Shown piece by piece: positions 29,910-41,198 of a stretch of 64,000 bases of DNA. Under the pieces are notes generated by a model. That model was not told where the DNA came from, made no database searches, and was given only the letters and a program-made list of their open reading frames with translations. The translations under genes were made by a program, and so were the position numbers. Source of the DNA: the human T2T-CHM13v2.0 reference genome, Homo sapiens; assembly GCF_009914755.1 (NCBI RefSeq), contig NC_060926.1; one strand, 5' to 3'. The stretch's first letter is position 1; every line of letters starts with the position of its first letter.

Positions 29910-30345
29910 TGTGATGGTTAATACTGGGTGTCAAATTGATTGGATTGAAGGATACAAAGTATTGATTATGAGTATGTCTGTGAGGATGTTGCCAAAAGAG
30001 ATTGACATTTGAATCAGTGGGCTGGGGAAGGCCCACCAACCTTTAATCTGGTGGGTACCAAATAATCAGCTGCCAGCAAATGTAAAGCAGGCAGAAAAAT
30101 GTTAAAAGGCGAGACTGGCCTAGCCTCCCCTCCTGGATGCTTCCTGCCCTTGAACGTCAAACTCTAAAGTTCTTCAGTTTTGAGACTTGGACTGGTTCTC
30201 CTTGCTCTTCAAGCTTGCAGACAGCCTGTTGTAGGACCTTGTGATCCTGCAAGTTAATACTTAATAAACTTCCATATACATGTGTGTGTGTATGTGTGTG
30301 TATATCCTATTAGTTCTGTCTCTCTAGAGAACCTTGACTAATGCA
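29910..30345 (+). mobile_element. 5' LTR (MLT2A1-like)
   Basis: Starts TGTGATGGTTAATACTG, ends CTAATGCA. AATAAA at 30263-30268 and an internal TG/TA microsatellite. Confidence 0.93.
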
Positions 30346-30350
30346 GATTT

Positions 30351-30368
30351 TGGTGCCGGGAGTGGTTC
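30351..30368 (+). promoter_or_regulatory. Primer-binding site (tRNA-Leu type)
   Basis: TGGTGCCGGGAGTGG 5 nt after the LTR, similar to the complement of the tRNA-Leu 3' end (TGGTGTCAGGAGTGG). Confidence 0.8.
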
Positions 30369-30389
30369 TAGAGGAACAGAATATTAAGG

Positions 30390-32140
30390 ATGGAGCTCTT
30401 TCATTGGTTTTGGGGTTTCTGGAGTTGGTTGCTTAATATGATTAGACCCCAAAATGCTAAGGACTCTACTTCTATTAGTATGGAAAACACTGATAGTCCT
30501 TGGCATGAACTGTTCAGAGAGTCATGCAAAATAAATGCATTTGACATTCCTGATTCACCACTCTGCTTGTGAGAGGCAAGGTGTTTAGTGGCTCTATACA
30601 TAATATCTTTGATCATATGTGGAGAACCAAGGAACATAATGAAGGTGGTTGGTTTCTCCTAAATTCAGTGGACAAACTGATGAAAGAAAATGATGAACTC
30701 AGGGATTCTGTCTCCTGTCTTCACAAGCAAATACTGAACCTCAAACCTCTAAGTTGCCATGAGTGAGAGTCTTATCTCCTGTAGAGAAAAAGCTGAAATT
30801 GTGGAAAGACAGACACAAGCTCTTATCATGAGAGTGGCTGACCTGCAATGAAAGGTGCATGCACAGCCTCGCCAGGTGTCTACTGTTAAAGTGAGGGCAT
30901 TGACTGGAAAAGAATGGAACCCTGCAACTTGGAATGGGGACGTGTAGGAGGACCCTGCTGAAACTGAGGATATTGAATTTGTAAACTCTGATTAAACTTT
31001 TTTTTTTTTTGCTAAAAGGAACAGTTTTCCCACCCCCAGTAGTGGAAACATCCCCTCCCCAACCCATGCTGCCGTCAGTCTTTCTACCTTTGCCTGAGGA
31101 GATAAACCCTGTGCTGCCTGAGGCAACATTGATGGCCTCCCCTGACACATAGTCGCCATGCAAAATAATGTTGATTCTTTTCAGGAGCCACCCCCAACAC
31201 CCCTGTTTTCTTCTAGACCTATAGCTAGACTAAAGTCCAAGCAGGCCCCTAGAGGTGAGGCTGAGAGTGTGACCCATGAGGAGGTACGCTGCACTTGAAA
31301 AGAATTGCTTGAGTTCTCTATATAAATAAAAATCTGGAGAACAGGCATGGGAATGGATATTAAGAGTGTGGGATGATGATGAAAGGAACATAGAGTTGGA
31401 TCAAGCTGAATTTATTGATTTGGGCCCACTAAGTAGGGACTGTTTTTAATGTTGCAGCTCTGGGAGCTAAAAATGGTTCTAATAGTTTATTTGCTTGGTC
31501 AGCGGAAATATGGATTAAAAGATGGCCCACTGTGAGCAAGCTGTAAATGCCTGATCTTCCTTGGTTTAATGTAGAGGAAGGGATCAAAAGGCTTAGGGAG
31601 ACTGGGATGGTGGAGTGGATTAGTCACTTTAAACCTACTCATCCCAGCTTGGAGGGTCCAGAAGATATACCCTTGACCATTGCCTTGCAAAATAGATTTG
31701 TGAGGGCAGCACCTGCATCTTTGAAAAGCCCTGTAATTGCTCTTCTCTGTGTGTCAGAGCTAGCAGTGGGAATCACAGTCACTCAGCTACAAAATTTAAA
31801 TACTATAGAAAAAATAGGATCCCAAGGTGGCAGGGGCCAAGTGGTGCCACTCAACTGTAAACAGCAAGGTGGGCATGGCTACATAATGGGCAGCAGAGAC
31901 AAAGCAGCAATCAGAATAGTCTGACCCATGTAGAACTCTGGCACTGGCTAATAAATCACGATATTCCTAGAAGTGAAGTTGATAGAAAGCCTACTGCATT
32001 CCTACTTAATTTATATAAGGAGAAAACTTCTAGGTCAAATGGACAAAAGACTAATTTGAATTATAAAAACAGAGAATCACAACCCCTCTATCAATTTCCA
32101 GACTTGAGCCAGTTTACAGACCCAGAACCCCTTGAATGAA
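30390..32140 (+). pseudogene. gag: HERV-L gag remnant (multiple stops and frameshifts)
   Basis: ORF fragments ENTDSPWHELF, DKLMKENDELRDS and MPDLPWFNVEEGIKRLRE..LQNRFVRAAPASLKS. Confidence 0.85.
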
Positions 32141-32196
32141 GGGGAGGCCGGGTCCCCTAGAGGAAGGACCTCACTACATTACTGACAATTTATGCA

Positions 32197-32608
32197 GTGA
32201 ATCTTTTCCCTATCCTTCCCCAAAGAGACTTCCAGCCTTTTACTAGGGTAACTGTACACTGGGGAAAGGGAAATGATCACACATTTGAAGGACTACTGGA
32301 CATTGGCTCTGAGCTGACATTGATTTCAGGAAACCCAAAATGCCATTGTGGTTCTCCAGTTAAAGTAGGGGCTTATGCAGTTCAGGTAATTAATGGAATT
32401 TTAGCTCAGGTCCCACTTATAGTGGGTCCCCGGACTCATCCTGTGTTCATTTCCCCAGTGCCAGAATGCATAATTGGCATAGACATACTTAGCATCTGGC
32501 AGAACCCCCACATTGTCTCTCTGACTGCTAGGGTGAGGGTCATTATGGTGGGAAAGACCAGACGGAAGCCATTAGAGCTGTCTCTACCTAGAAAAATAGT
32601 AAATAACA
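32197..32608 (+). pseudogene. pro: HERV-L aspartyl protease remnant
   Basis: GLLDIGSELTLI (a DTG-type active-site variant) and ECIIGIDIL. Interrupted at the 3' side by an Alu. Confidence 0.88.
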
Positions 32609-32916
<308 letters not shown>

Positions 32917-32935
32917 AGAAAAATAGTAAATAACA

Positions 32936-35460
32936 ATATTGCATCCCTGGAGTGATTGCAGAGATTAGTACCACCATCAAGGACTGAAAAGACACAGGGA
33001 TGGTGATTCCCACCACATCCTCATTCACCTCTCCCAATTGGCCTGTGCAGAAGACAGATGGATCTTGGAGAATGACAGTGGATTATCATAAGCTTAACCA
33101 AGTGGTGACTCCAGTTGCAGCTGCTGTACCAGATGTGGTTTCATTGCTTGAGCAAATGAACACATCTCCTGGTACCTGGTATGCAGCCACTGACTTGGCG
33201 AATGCCTTTTTCTCCATTCCTGTCCATAAGGCCTACCAGAAGCAATTTGCCTTCAGCTGGCAAGGCCAGCAATATACCTTCACTGTCCTACCTCAGGAGT
33301 ATATCAACTTTCCATCTTTGTGTCATAATCTTATTCAGAGAGAACTTGACCACTTTTTGCTTCTGCAAGATATCACACTGGTCTGTTATATCAATGGCAT
33401 TACACTGATTGGATCCAGTGAGCAAGAAGTAGCAAACACACTGGACTTATTGGTGAGACATTTGCTTGCCAGAGGGTGGGAAATAAATCTGACTAAAATT
33501 CAGGGAACTTCTACCTCAGTAAATTTTCTAGGGGTCCAGTGGTGTGGGGCCTGTCGATATATTCCTTCCAAGGTGAGGAATTCCTTCTAAGATGCTACAT
33601 TTGGCCCCTCCTAAAACCCAGAAAGAGGCACAATGCCTAGTGGGCCTATTTGGATTTTGGAGGTAACACATTCCTCACTTGGGTGTGGTACTCCATCCCA
33701 TCGAGTGACCTAAAAGGTTTCCAGTTTTGATTGGGGTCCAGAAAAGAAGGCTCTGCAATAGGTTCAGGCTGCTGTGTAAGCTGCTCTGCCACTTGGGTCA
33801 TATGATCCAGCAGATCCAATGGTGCTTGAGGTGTTAGTGGCAGATAGGGATGCTGTTTGGAGCCTTTGGCAGGTCCCCGCAGGTGAATCACAGTGGAGGC
33901 CTCTAGGATTTTGGAGCAAGGCCCTGCCATCTTCTGCAGATAACTACTCTCCTTTTGAGAGACAGCTCTTGGCCTGTTATTGGGCTTTGGTGGAAACTGA
34001 ACGTCTGACTGTGGCTCATCAAGTCACCATGAGACCTGAACTGCCTATCATGAATTGGGTGCTTTCTGAACCATCTAGCCATAAAGTGGGTTGTGCACAT
34101 CAGCACTCCATCATCAAATGGAAGTGGTATATACATGATCAGTCTCAAGCAGGTCCTGAAGGCACAAGTAAGTTACATGAGGAAGCAGTTCAAATGCCCA
34201 TGGTCTCCACTCCTGCCACCCTGCCTTCTCTCCCCAAGCCTGCACTAACCACCTCATGGGGAGTTCCTTATGATCAGTTGAGAGAGAAAGAGAAGACCAG
34301 GGCCTGGTTCACAGATGGTTGACAATATGCAGGCACTACCAGAAAGTGGACAACTGCAGCACTATAGCCCCTTTCTAGGACATGCCTGAAAGGCAGTGGT
34401 GAAGGAAAATCTTCCCAGTGGGCAGAACTTCGAGCAGTGCACCTGGCTGTGCATTTTGCATGGAAGGAGAAATAGTCAGATGTGCTAGTATATACTGATT
34501 CATGGACTGCAGCCAATGATCTGGCTGGATGGTCATGGACTTGGAAAAAGCATGATTGGAAAATTGGTGACCAAGAAATTTGGGGAAGAGTTACGTGGAT
34601 GGACCTCTCAGAGTGGTCAAAAACCATAAGATATTTGTTCCCATCTAAGTGCTCACCAATGGGTGACCTCAGCAGAGGAGGATTTTAATAATCAAGTGGA
34701 TAGGATGACCTGTTCTGTGGACACTGCTCATCCTCTTTCCCCAGCCAACCCTGTCATCTCCCAATGGGCCCATGAACAAAGTGGCCATGGTGGCAGGGAT
34801 GGAGATTATGCATGGGCTCAGCAACATGGACTTCCACTCACCAAGGCTGACATGGCTATGGCCACAGCTGAGTGCCTAGTTTGCCAGCAGCAGAGACCAA
34901 CACTGAGACCTCAATATGGCAACGTACCTCGGGGCGATCAGCCAGCTATCTGGTGGCAGGCTGATTACATTGGACCTCTTCCATCATAGAAACAGCAGAG
35001 GTTTGTCCTCACTGGAATTAACACTTATTTTGGATATGGGTTTGCCTATTGTGCATGCAATGCTTATGCCAAGACTACCATCTGTGGATGCACCAGACTG
35101 CCTTATCCACTATCATGGTATTCCACATAACATTGCCTCTGACCAAGGCACTCACTTTGCAGCTAAACACGCATGGCAGTGGGCTCATGCTAGTGAAATT
35201 CACTGGTCTTACCATGTCCCCCATCATCCTGAAGCAGGTGGATTGATAGAATGGTGAAACAGCCTTTTGAAGTCACAATTATAATGTCAATTAGGTGACA
35301 ATACTTTGCAGGGCTGGGGCAAAGTTCTCCAGAAGGCCATGTATGCTCTGAATCAGCATCCGATATATGGTACTGTTTTTCCCATACCCAGGATTGATGG
35401 GTCCAGGAATCAAGGGGTGGAAGTGAAAGTGGCACCACTCACCATCACCCTTAGTGATCC
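32936..35460 (+). pseudogene. pol: HERV-L pol remnant: RT, tether/RNase H, integrase
   Basis: [29 protein letters not shown], YxDD decayed to YING. RNase H WFTDG and YTDS. Integrase H-x4-H...CxxC (HEQSGH..CLVC), WQADYIGP and SDQGTHF. Confidence 0.93.
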
Positions 35461-35469
35461 ACTAGCAAA

Positions 35470-35734
35470 ATTTTTGCTTCCTGTTCTCTCAGCATTACAT
35501 TCTGCTGGCCTAGAGGTCTTAGTTCCAGAGGGAGGAATGTTGCCATCAGGAGACACAGCAATGATTCCATTAAACTGGAAGTTAAGCTTGCCACCTGGAT
35601 ACTTTGGGCTCCTCCTACCTTTAAGTCAACAGACTAAGAAGGGAGTTACAGATTTGGGTGGGGTGATTGACCTGGACTATCAAGATGAAATCAGTCTACT
35701 ATTCCATATCAGAGGTAAGGAAGAGTATGCATGA
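35470..35734 (+). pseudogene. dut: dUTPase-like remnant downstream of integrase
   Basis: AGLEVL..IPLNWKLSLPPGYFGLLLP..GGVIDLDYQDEI resembles dUTPase motifs. A post-integrase position is characteristic of ERV-L. Confidence 0.85.
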
Positions 35735-36311
35735 AATACAGGAGACCTATTAGGGTGTCTCTTAGTATTACCATGCCCTGTGATTAAGGTCAATGGGAAA
35801 CTACAACAGCCCAATCCAGACAGGACTACAAGTGGTCCAGACCCCTCAGGAATGAAGGTTTGGGTCACTCCACCAGGAAAAAACCACAACCTGCTGAGGG
35901 GCTTGCTGAAGGCAAAGGGAATACAGAATGGGTAGTAGAAGAAGGTAGTCATCAATACCAGCTATTATCATGTGACCAGTTGCAGAAAGGAGGATTGTAA
36001 CTGTCATGAGTATTTACTCTTTCTTTTGTTAAAAACATGTTTGTGCATGTATACACTTGTACTAAGAAAATATCTTCATTTTATTTCTTTTTCCTTTATC
36101 ATGTGACATAAGATTTATTGACCTCATATCAGCATTTAAGTATTGTTAACTTTATGTAATAGTACTTGGGTTGGGGATTGATGTGTTTCCAGTTGTACAA
36201 AGGATAGTTGTATTATGTTAGGTGTAATTAGGACCTTATTATTGCCTTTATTTGAAGATTATGTATGATCTCAGGAGATGTATGTGGGTTCAAGTTGACA
36301 AGAGGTGGAAT

Positions 36312-36713
36312 TGTGATGGTTACTATTGAGTGTCAACTTGATTGGATTGAAGGATACAAAGTATTGATCCTTGATGTGTCTGTGAGGGTGTTGCCAAAAG
36401 AGATTAACATTTGAGTCAGTCGGCTGGGGAAAGCAGACTCACCCTTAATCTGCTGGGCACCATCTAATCAGCTGCTAGCGAATGTAAAGCAGGCATAAAA
36501 ATGTGAAAAGGCATGACTGGCCTAGACTCCCAGCTAACATCTTTCTCCCATGCTGGATGCTTCCTGCCCTTGAGCATCAGGCTCCAAAGTTCTTCAGTTT
36601 TGAGACTTGGACTAGCTCTCCTTACTCCTCAAGCTTGCAGACAGACTATTGTGGGAACTTGTGATCGTGTGAGTTAATACTTACCCATTCTCTAGAGAAC
36701 CCTGACTAATACA
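36312..36713 (+). mobile_element. 3' LTR (MLT2A1-like)
   Basis: Preceded by the purine tract GACAAGAGGTGGAA. Runs TGTGATGGTTA...CCCTGACTAATACA. Confidence 0.93.
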
Positions 36714-36939
36714 ATCATCTAGCAGTCTAATTGAGTAAGTTGAAATAGCAAGCTCTTTGTACCTTTTACATTAGTCACTCCACTGACCCTCTGCATATTC
36801 TCTTCATAGAATACTCTCGCTTTCCCCAGTCTTCCTTAACTACAACTAATGCTTCAGAACTCAACAGAAGTAGCCCTATTCTACTTTCTTGTCAAATTCC
36901 CATATTCACAACTTTATTTGTGGAATTTATTATAATTAC

Positions 36940-37100
36940 AATGTTTCTTGCATCTGTGTGGTATTTTTATTAATGTTTGTCTCTTCCAATAGACTCATCC
37001 TAAGGTCAGAAATGAGGTCTTTGTGATGCTCAGTGTTGTACCCACAGCATACCACATTGGTGTCTGGCACATAATGGGGACTCAGTAAATATTTGCCAAA
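36940..37100 (+). mobile_element. L2 3' end
   Basis: GTGTCTGGCACATAATGGGGACTCAGTAAATATTTG. Confidence 0.7.
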
Positions 37101-37729
37101 AAGTAGAGCATCTATGTTCAGAAGCTTTAAAATAAAGTACCTGAACTCTTTCTTGGGTTTCTTACCTAATGGCTACTTTTGGGTAATACATTTTGTTTAG
37201 GCAATTAGGAATTCAGTTGATATAAATTATCAGATCTTTGTATTGTTATATTCCTTTTTTTCAAATATCATTTTATTTCTGCACTTAGGGTTATATATTT
37301 TGAAGGGTAATAAAAATAATTTTCTCCTCTTGATGAGTAACTCTTACAAAAATAAATTAATCAAGTCTCCAAAAATATTACATGCTAGTGGTTATAGAGG
37401 CTACAGATAGATCTCTTTTTCTCCCTGAGCATATAAAAATAGAGAATGCAGGTATGTAATAAAAATTCTGGTTAGAAAGTGATATTGTTCCTAGAGAGGT
37501 CCAGGGCTTTTCAGCACAGAGTCTGGGGAGACTATCTTCAATTAAGGTAATATTCAAGGAAAATTTCAAAATAGGCAGGATTTGGGCCTGCAGAGTGTGT
37601 AAGGTAGAAATGTATTTTCTTTGAAGAAAGACTTATAAGTGGTGGCATGGAGGCCAGGCATTGAGGGACACATATGGATGATGATTATTTCACCATCTTT
37701 CTAACAGGAAGGGCAAATGAATGCAGAAT

Positions 37730-37980
37730 GGTACAGTTGTCTAGAATGTAGACTTAGAAGGCAAGATCATGATTTCAATTCCTAGCTCTGCGACCTATTG
37801 TACATGGGACCTTATGCAAATAATGCCTCCTCTCTAAGCCTCAGTTTCTCCACATGAGAAAAATGAGAGTAAGAATAATATCAATTTCATGAGATCATTG
37901 GGAGGACAAAATAAAATAATGTGTATTAATAATTTAGGACAGAATATCCCAAATAAATCATTAAAAATGGGAGTTAATTT
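37730..37980 (+). mobile_element. MIR
   Basis: TTCAATTCCTAGCTCTGC...CTCTCTAAGCCTCAGTTTCTCC...AAAATGAGA core. Confidence 0.75.
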
Positions 37981-38263
37981 TAAAAAGCAGTTTGGGACAC
38001 AGTTTTATAAAAGTTCTTAAGTGTTTGTCATTTTATTCTGTAGGCATTTTTTCTATGTGGCCTTAGAAGTCATTTTAGTATAGTGATTAGTAGCACAGAT
38101 CTTGAAAACAGGCCACCTGTTTGATTTCTGATTTGCTTGTTTGTAGGTATATAATTTTAGGTGTTTGTTCTCATTTATGAAATGAGATGATTATTATGAA
38201 GATCAAACAATTTTTTATAATGCAAAATCTATAGGTTAGAAGCTGGCATGCAAGAAGTACTGT

Positions 38264-38316
38264 AGATGGATAGATAGATGATAGATAGATACATAGACAG
38301 ATAGAGAGATAGATAT
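38264..38316. repeat. (GATA)n-type degenerate tetranucleotide repeat
   Basis: TAGATGGATAGATAGATGATAGATAGATACATAGACAGATAG. Confidence 0.85.
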
Positions 38317-38339
38317 GTTATCTATTACTATTGCTTAGT

Positions 38340-39080
38340 CATCAAAAGCATTTTAGAAGAATGTGTCTGAATCAGAGATGTACTTGATATTAAAACAATG
38401 ACCTATCCCTGTGTAGAATAAATTGAAAAGAGAAACACATTAGAAAGCATCTGCAATCCTCTTAATTGGAGGGAGTGAGGGCATGAATTAAGATAGAAAT
38501 AGTGAGAAATTAGAATTGAGGGAAGGATTTACAAAATAAATAAACCTTAGAATAGAGAGTACTTGGAAACTAATTGGATATGGGAAAATAAATACATGAG
38601 TGGTAGATGTCAATATTGAGATATTCAGTCTGAGCATTGACAGATGATGCCTCAGACAGAAATAAGAGATTGAGGAAATACACAGATCTGAGATGGATGT
38701 ATTTTGGACATGTTGAGCTTGTGCTGCTTTTGGCACTTTTCACTGAAGATGCCTACGAGGTGAAAATGAAGATCTAGGGCTAGAGCACTGAAATATAGAT
38801 TAATAGGTGCTAGTTGAAATTGGAAAATAACAAGGAAGAGAGGTGAGAGACATAAAACAATAAGACTGAGAGAAGTTACACATAAAAAATATATCTAGCA
38901 GGATGAAAGAAAAAGTAAAGTTACAGAAGAAAGGGATAGGAGGGAATCTAAAAGGCCATAGTTTTATAGAAACTAAAGAGGAGTGTTTTAAGATAGAATT
39001 AGGCAAAATATCAACTGCTACGAGGAGGTTCACATATAATGAGAGCTAAGAAAATGTCATTAAATTATAATGAGGAGACC
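38340..39080 (-). mobile_element. L2 body fragment
   Basis: Purine-rich; ATTTTGGACATGTTGAGCTTG...GATCTAGGGCTAGAG are antisense L2 motifs. Confidence 0.55.
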
Positions 39081-39081
39081 C

Positions 39082-39954
39082 TGACATGGATCACATAACA
39101 TCTCAGCCCTTCTGGTTTTAGCATCCCTGGATGGACAGTTCCAAGCATCATTAACAGTGACACACATAAAAGCCAGGCCAAGGTAGTTCTCTCTTCTTCA
39201 CTTCCTCCTAGATTACAGATGGTTCAACAACCTGAAGGCCAACCCAGGAGTGTGGAGGAGTGAAGGTCTGAAAGAAAACCCTCAATCAAGGGGGAATGTA
39301 GTTTCAGGATGATATGGTTTGGATATGTGTCCCTGTCCAAATCTCATGTTGAATTGTAATCCCCCATGTTGGGGAGGGACCGGGTGGGAAGTGATTGGAT
39401 CACGCAGTGGATTTTTCCCTTGCTGTTCTCATGACAGTGAGTGAGTTCTCATGACATCTGGTTGTTTAAAAGTGTGTAGCATCTCCTGCTTCACTCTCTT
39501 CTTTCCGCTCTGATCACATAAGGAGTGCTTCCTTCCTCTTGGCCTTCTGCCAGGACTGCAAGTTGCCTGAAGCCTCCACAGCCATGCTTCCTGTACAGCC
39601 TGTGGAACTGGGGGCCAATGAAACCTCTTTTCTTTATAAATTACCCAGTCTCAGGTAGTTCTTTACAGTAATGCAAGAATGGACTAATACAAAGGATAAA
39701 TGCCCCAGCTCTACAGTCCTCTGTGGGAAAATGCTGAGGCCTGTTGTACATGTCTTCTCAGAGGATATCTAGCAGGAATGAACCCCAGTTTTTCACATAA
39801 AAAATCAGCATATTAGCACACTTTTCCCTTTTCTCTCTCCCAGGAATCAATGGTCCCACTTTCTCAATTCTGTTGCAAGAGACCCAAATGTATTATCTGC
39901 ATCCACTTCCTTGTCTAAGCGTTTGTTTCCAGGACAAAAACCTAAGTTAAGACA
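39082..39954 (+). mobile_element. LTR16C-like ERVL LTR, interrupted by an MSTA
   Basis: GGATAAATGCCCCAGC...CTGAGGCCTGTTGTACA...CCCCAGTT...CCTTGTCT...TAAGACA terminus. Confidence 0.7.
39310..39691 (+). mobile_element. MSTA MaLR solo LTR
   Basis: TGATATGGTTTGGATATGTGTCCC..CAAATCTCATGTTGAATTGTAATCCCC...GGACTAATACA. TSD CAGGA/AAGGA. Confidence 0.9.
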
Positions 39955-40415
39955 GTTGATACCAGAAGTGGCTTTCAAAATCAGATCTTCATGATGAAAT
40001 TATGGAATGAATTTATCCCACAGTCAGATGACAAGTAGGGTTTCATTGCTCACAGCAAAGGAAGTGGTTGTAACTCTTGGCATGCATTGACTAACATGAA
40101 ACTGTGGTGGATTGGAAGGAGTTACAGATTAAAAGAAAAGCATTAGCCAAGCCAAATCTTTACCCATTGGTATTCATGGCCACACAGGTAATTATAAAAA
40201 TTGTGTGGTTGCCTGGCTTTTATTAACTACCTTGGTATCTTGATGAAAGGTGATGACAATTTCAGTTCAGCAAAATATCTACTCAGAGAATGCTGTGAAA
40301 GTTGCATGGTAGTATTTAGAGCTATCTTTATCTCCTACGACTAGATTGCAGACTGTACTAAAAATAAGGCTTTCAAATGAATCATAAAGGTGGCAGAACT
40401 TGCAAAGAAGACTGA
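39955..40415 (+). mobile_element. Old ERVL internal fragment (ERV3-16A3-int-like): PBS plus start of gag
   Basis: GTTGATACCAGAAGTGG PBS-like motif directly after the LTR. ATCATAAAGGTGGCAGAACTTGCA resembles ATCATGAGAGTGGCTGACCTGCA of the HERV-L gag at about 30825. Confidence 0.6.
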
Positions 40416-40704
40416 CTTCCTTTGGTTTTAGTATAAATGTAGAAGTTGTCGTCAAGGAATATCATTTTAAAATTGAAGATTTTGGCAGTGGATCATTGCT
40501 CAGAGGTGGTGAGATTCAAGGTATAAAGCCAAGATTATAGGCAGCTGACTTGAAACAATAAAAAAAGATAAAGAATTGAGAAGACGAAGAAGCTACAAGA
40601 CTGTAGTGCTAGAAAATTTATTGATGAAGGCTTGTGACTGTGACCAGAGAATTCAATGCATTTTATCAGAGTGAATGGGGGGAGGAGCTCGTAAAAATAT
40701 GTAG

Positions 40705-41198
40705 CATGGGGCCTGTAGGCCCTTTGTTTTGGCCAATTTGTCCCATTTGGAATGGCTGTATTTATCCAATGCCTGTACCTCCATTGTATCTAGGAAGTAA
40801 CTAACTTGCTTTCGATTTTACAGGCTCATAGGTGAAAGGGACTTTCATTGTCTCAGATGCAACTTTGGACTGTGAATTTTTGAGGTAATGCTGAAATGAG
40901 TTAAGACTTTGGGGGACTGGTGGGAAGGCATTATTGGTTTTGAAATGTGAGGACATGAGATTTAGGAGGGCCAGGAGCAGAATGATATGGTTTGGCTGTG
41001 TCTCCACCCAAATCTCATCTTGAATTTAGCTCCCATAATCCCTACGTGTCCTGGGAGGGACCTGAGGGCAGGTAATTGAATCATGGGGTTCGGGTTTTTC
41101 CTGTGCTGTTCTCGTGATAGTGAATAAGTCTCACGAGATATAATGGTTTTAGAAAGGGCAGTTCCTCTGCACCTGCTCTCTTGCCTGCCCCCATGTAA
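40705..41198 (+). mobile_element. THE1 (C/D-like) fragment: 3' internal region plus truncated 3' LTR
   Basis: THE1-int terminus (GAGGACATGAGATTTAGGAGGGCCAGGAGCAGAA), then LTR start TGATATGGTTTGGCTGTGTC at 40983, breaking off near 41198. Confidence 0.88.
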
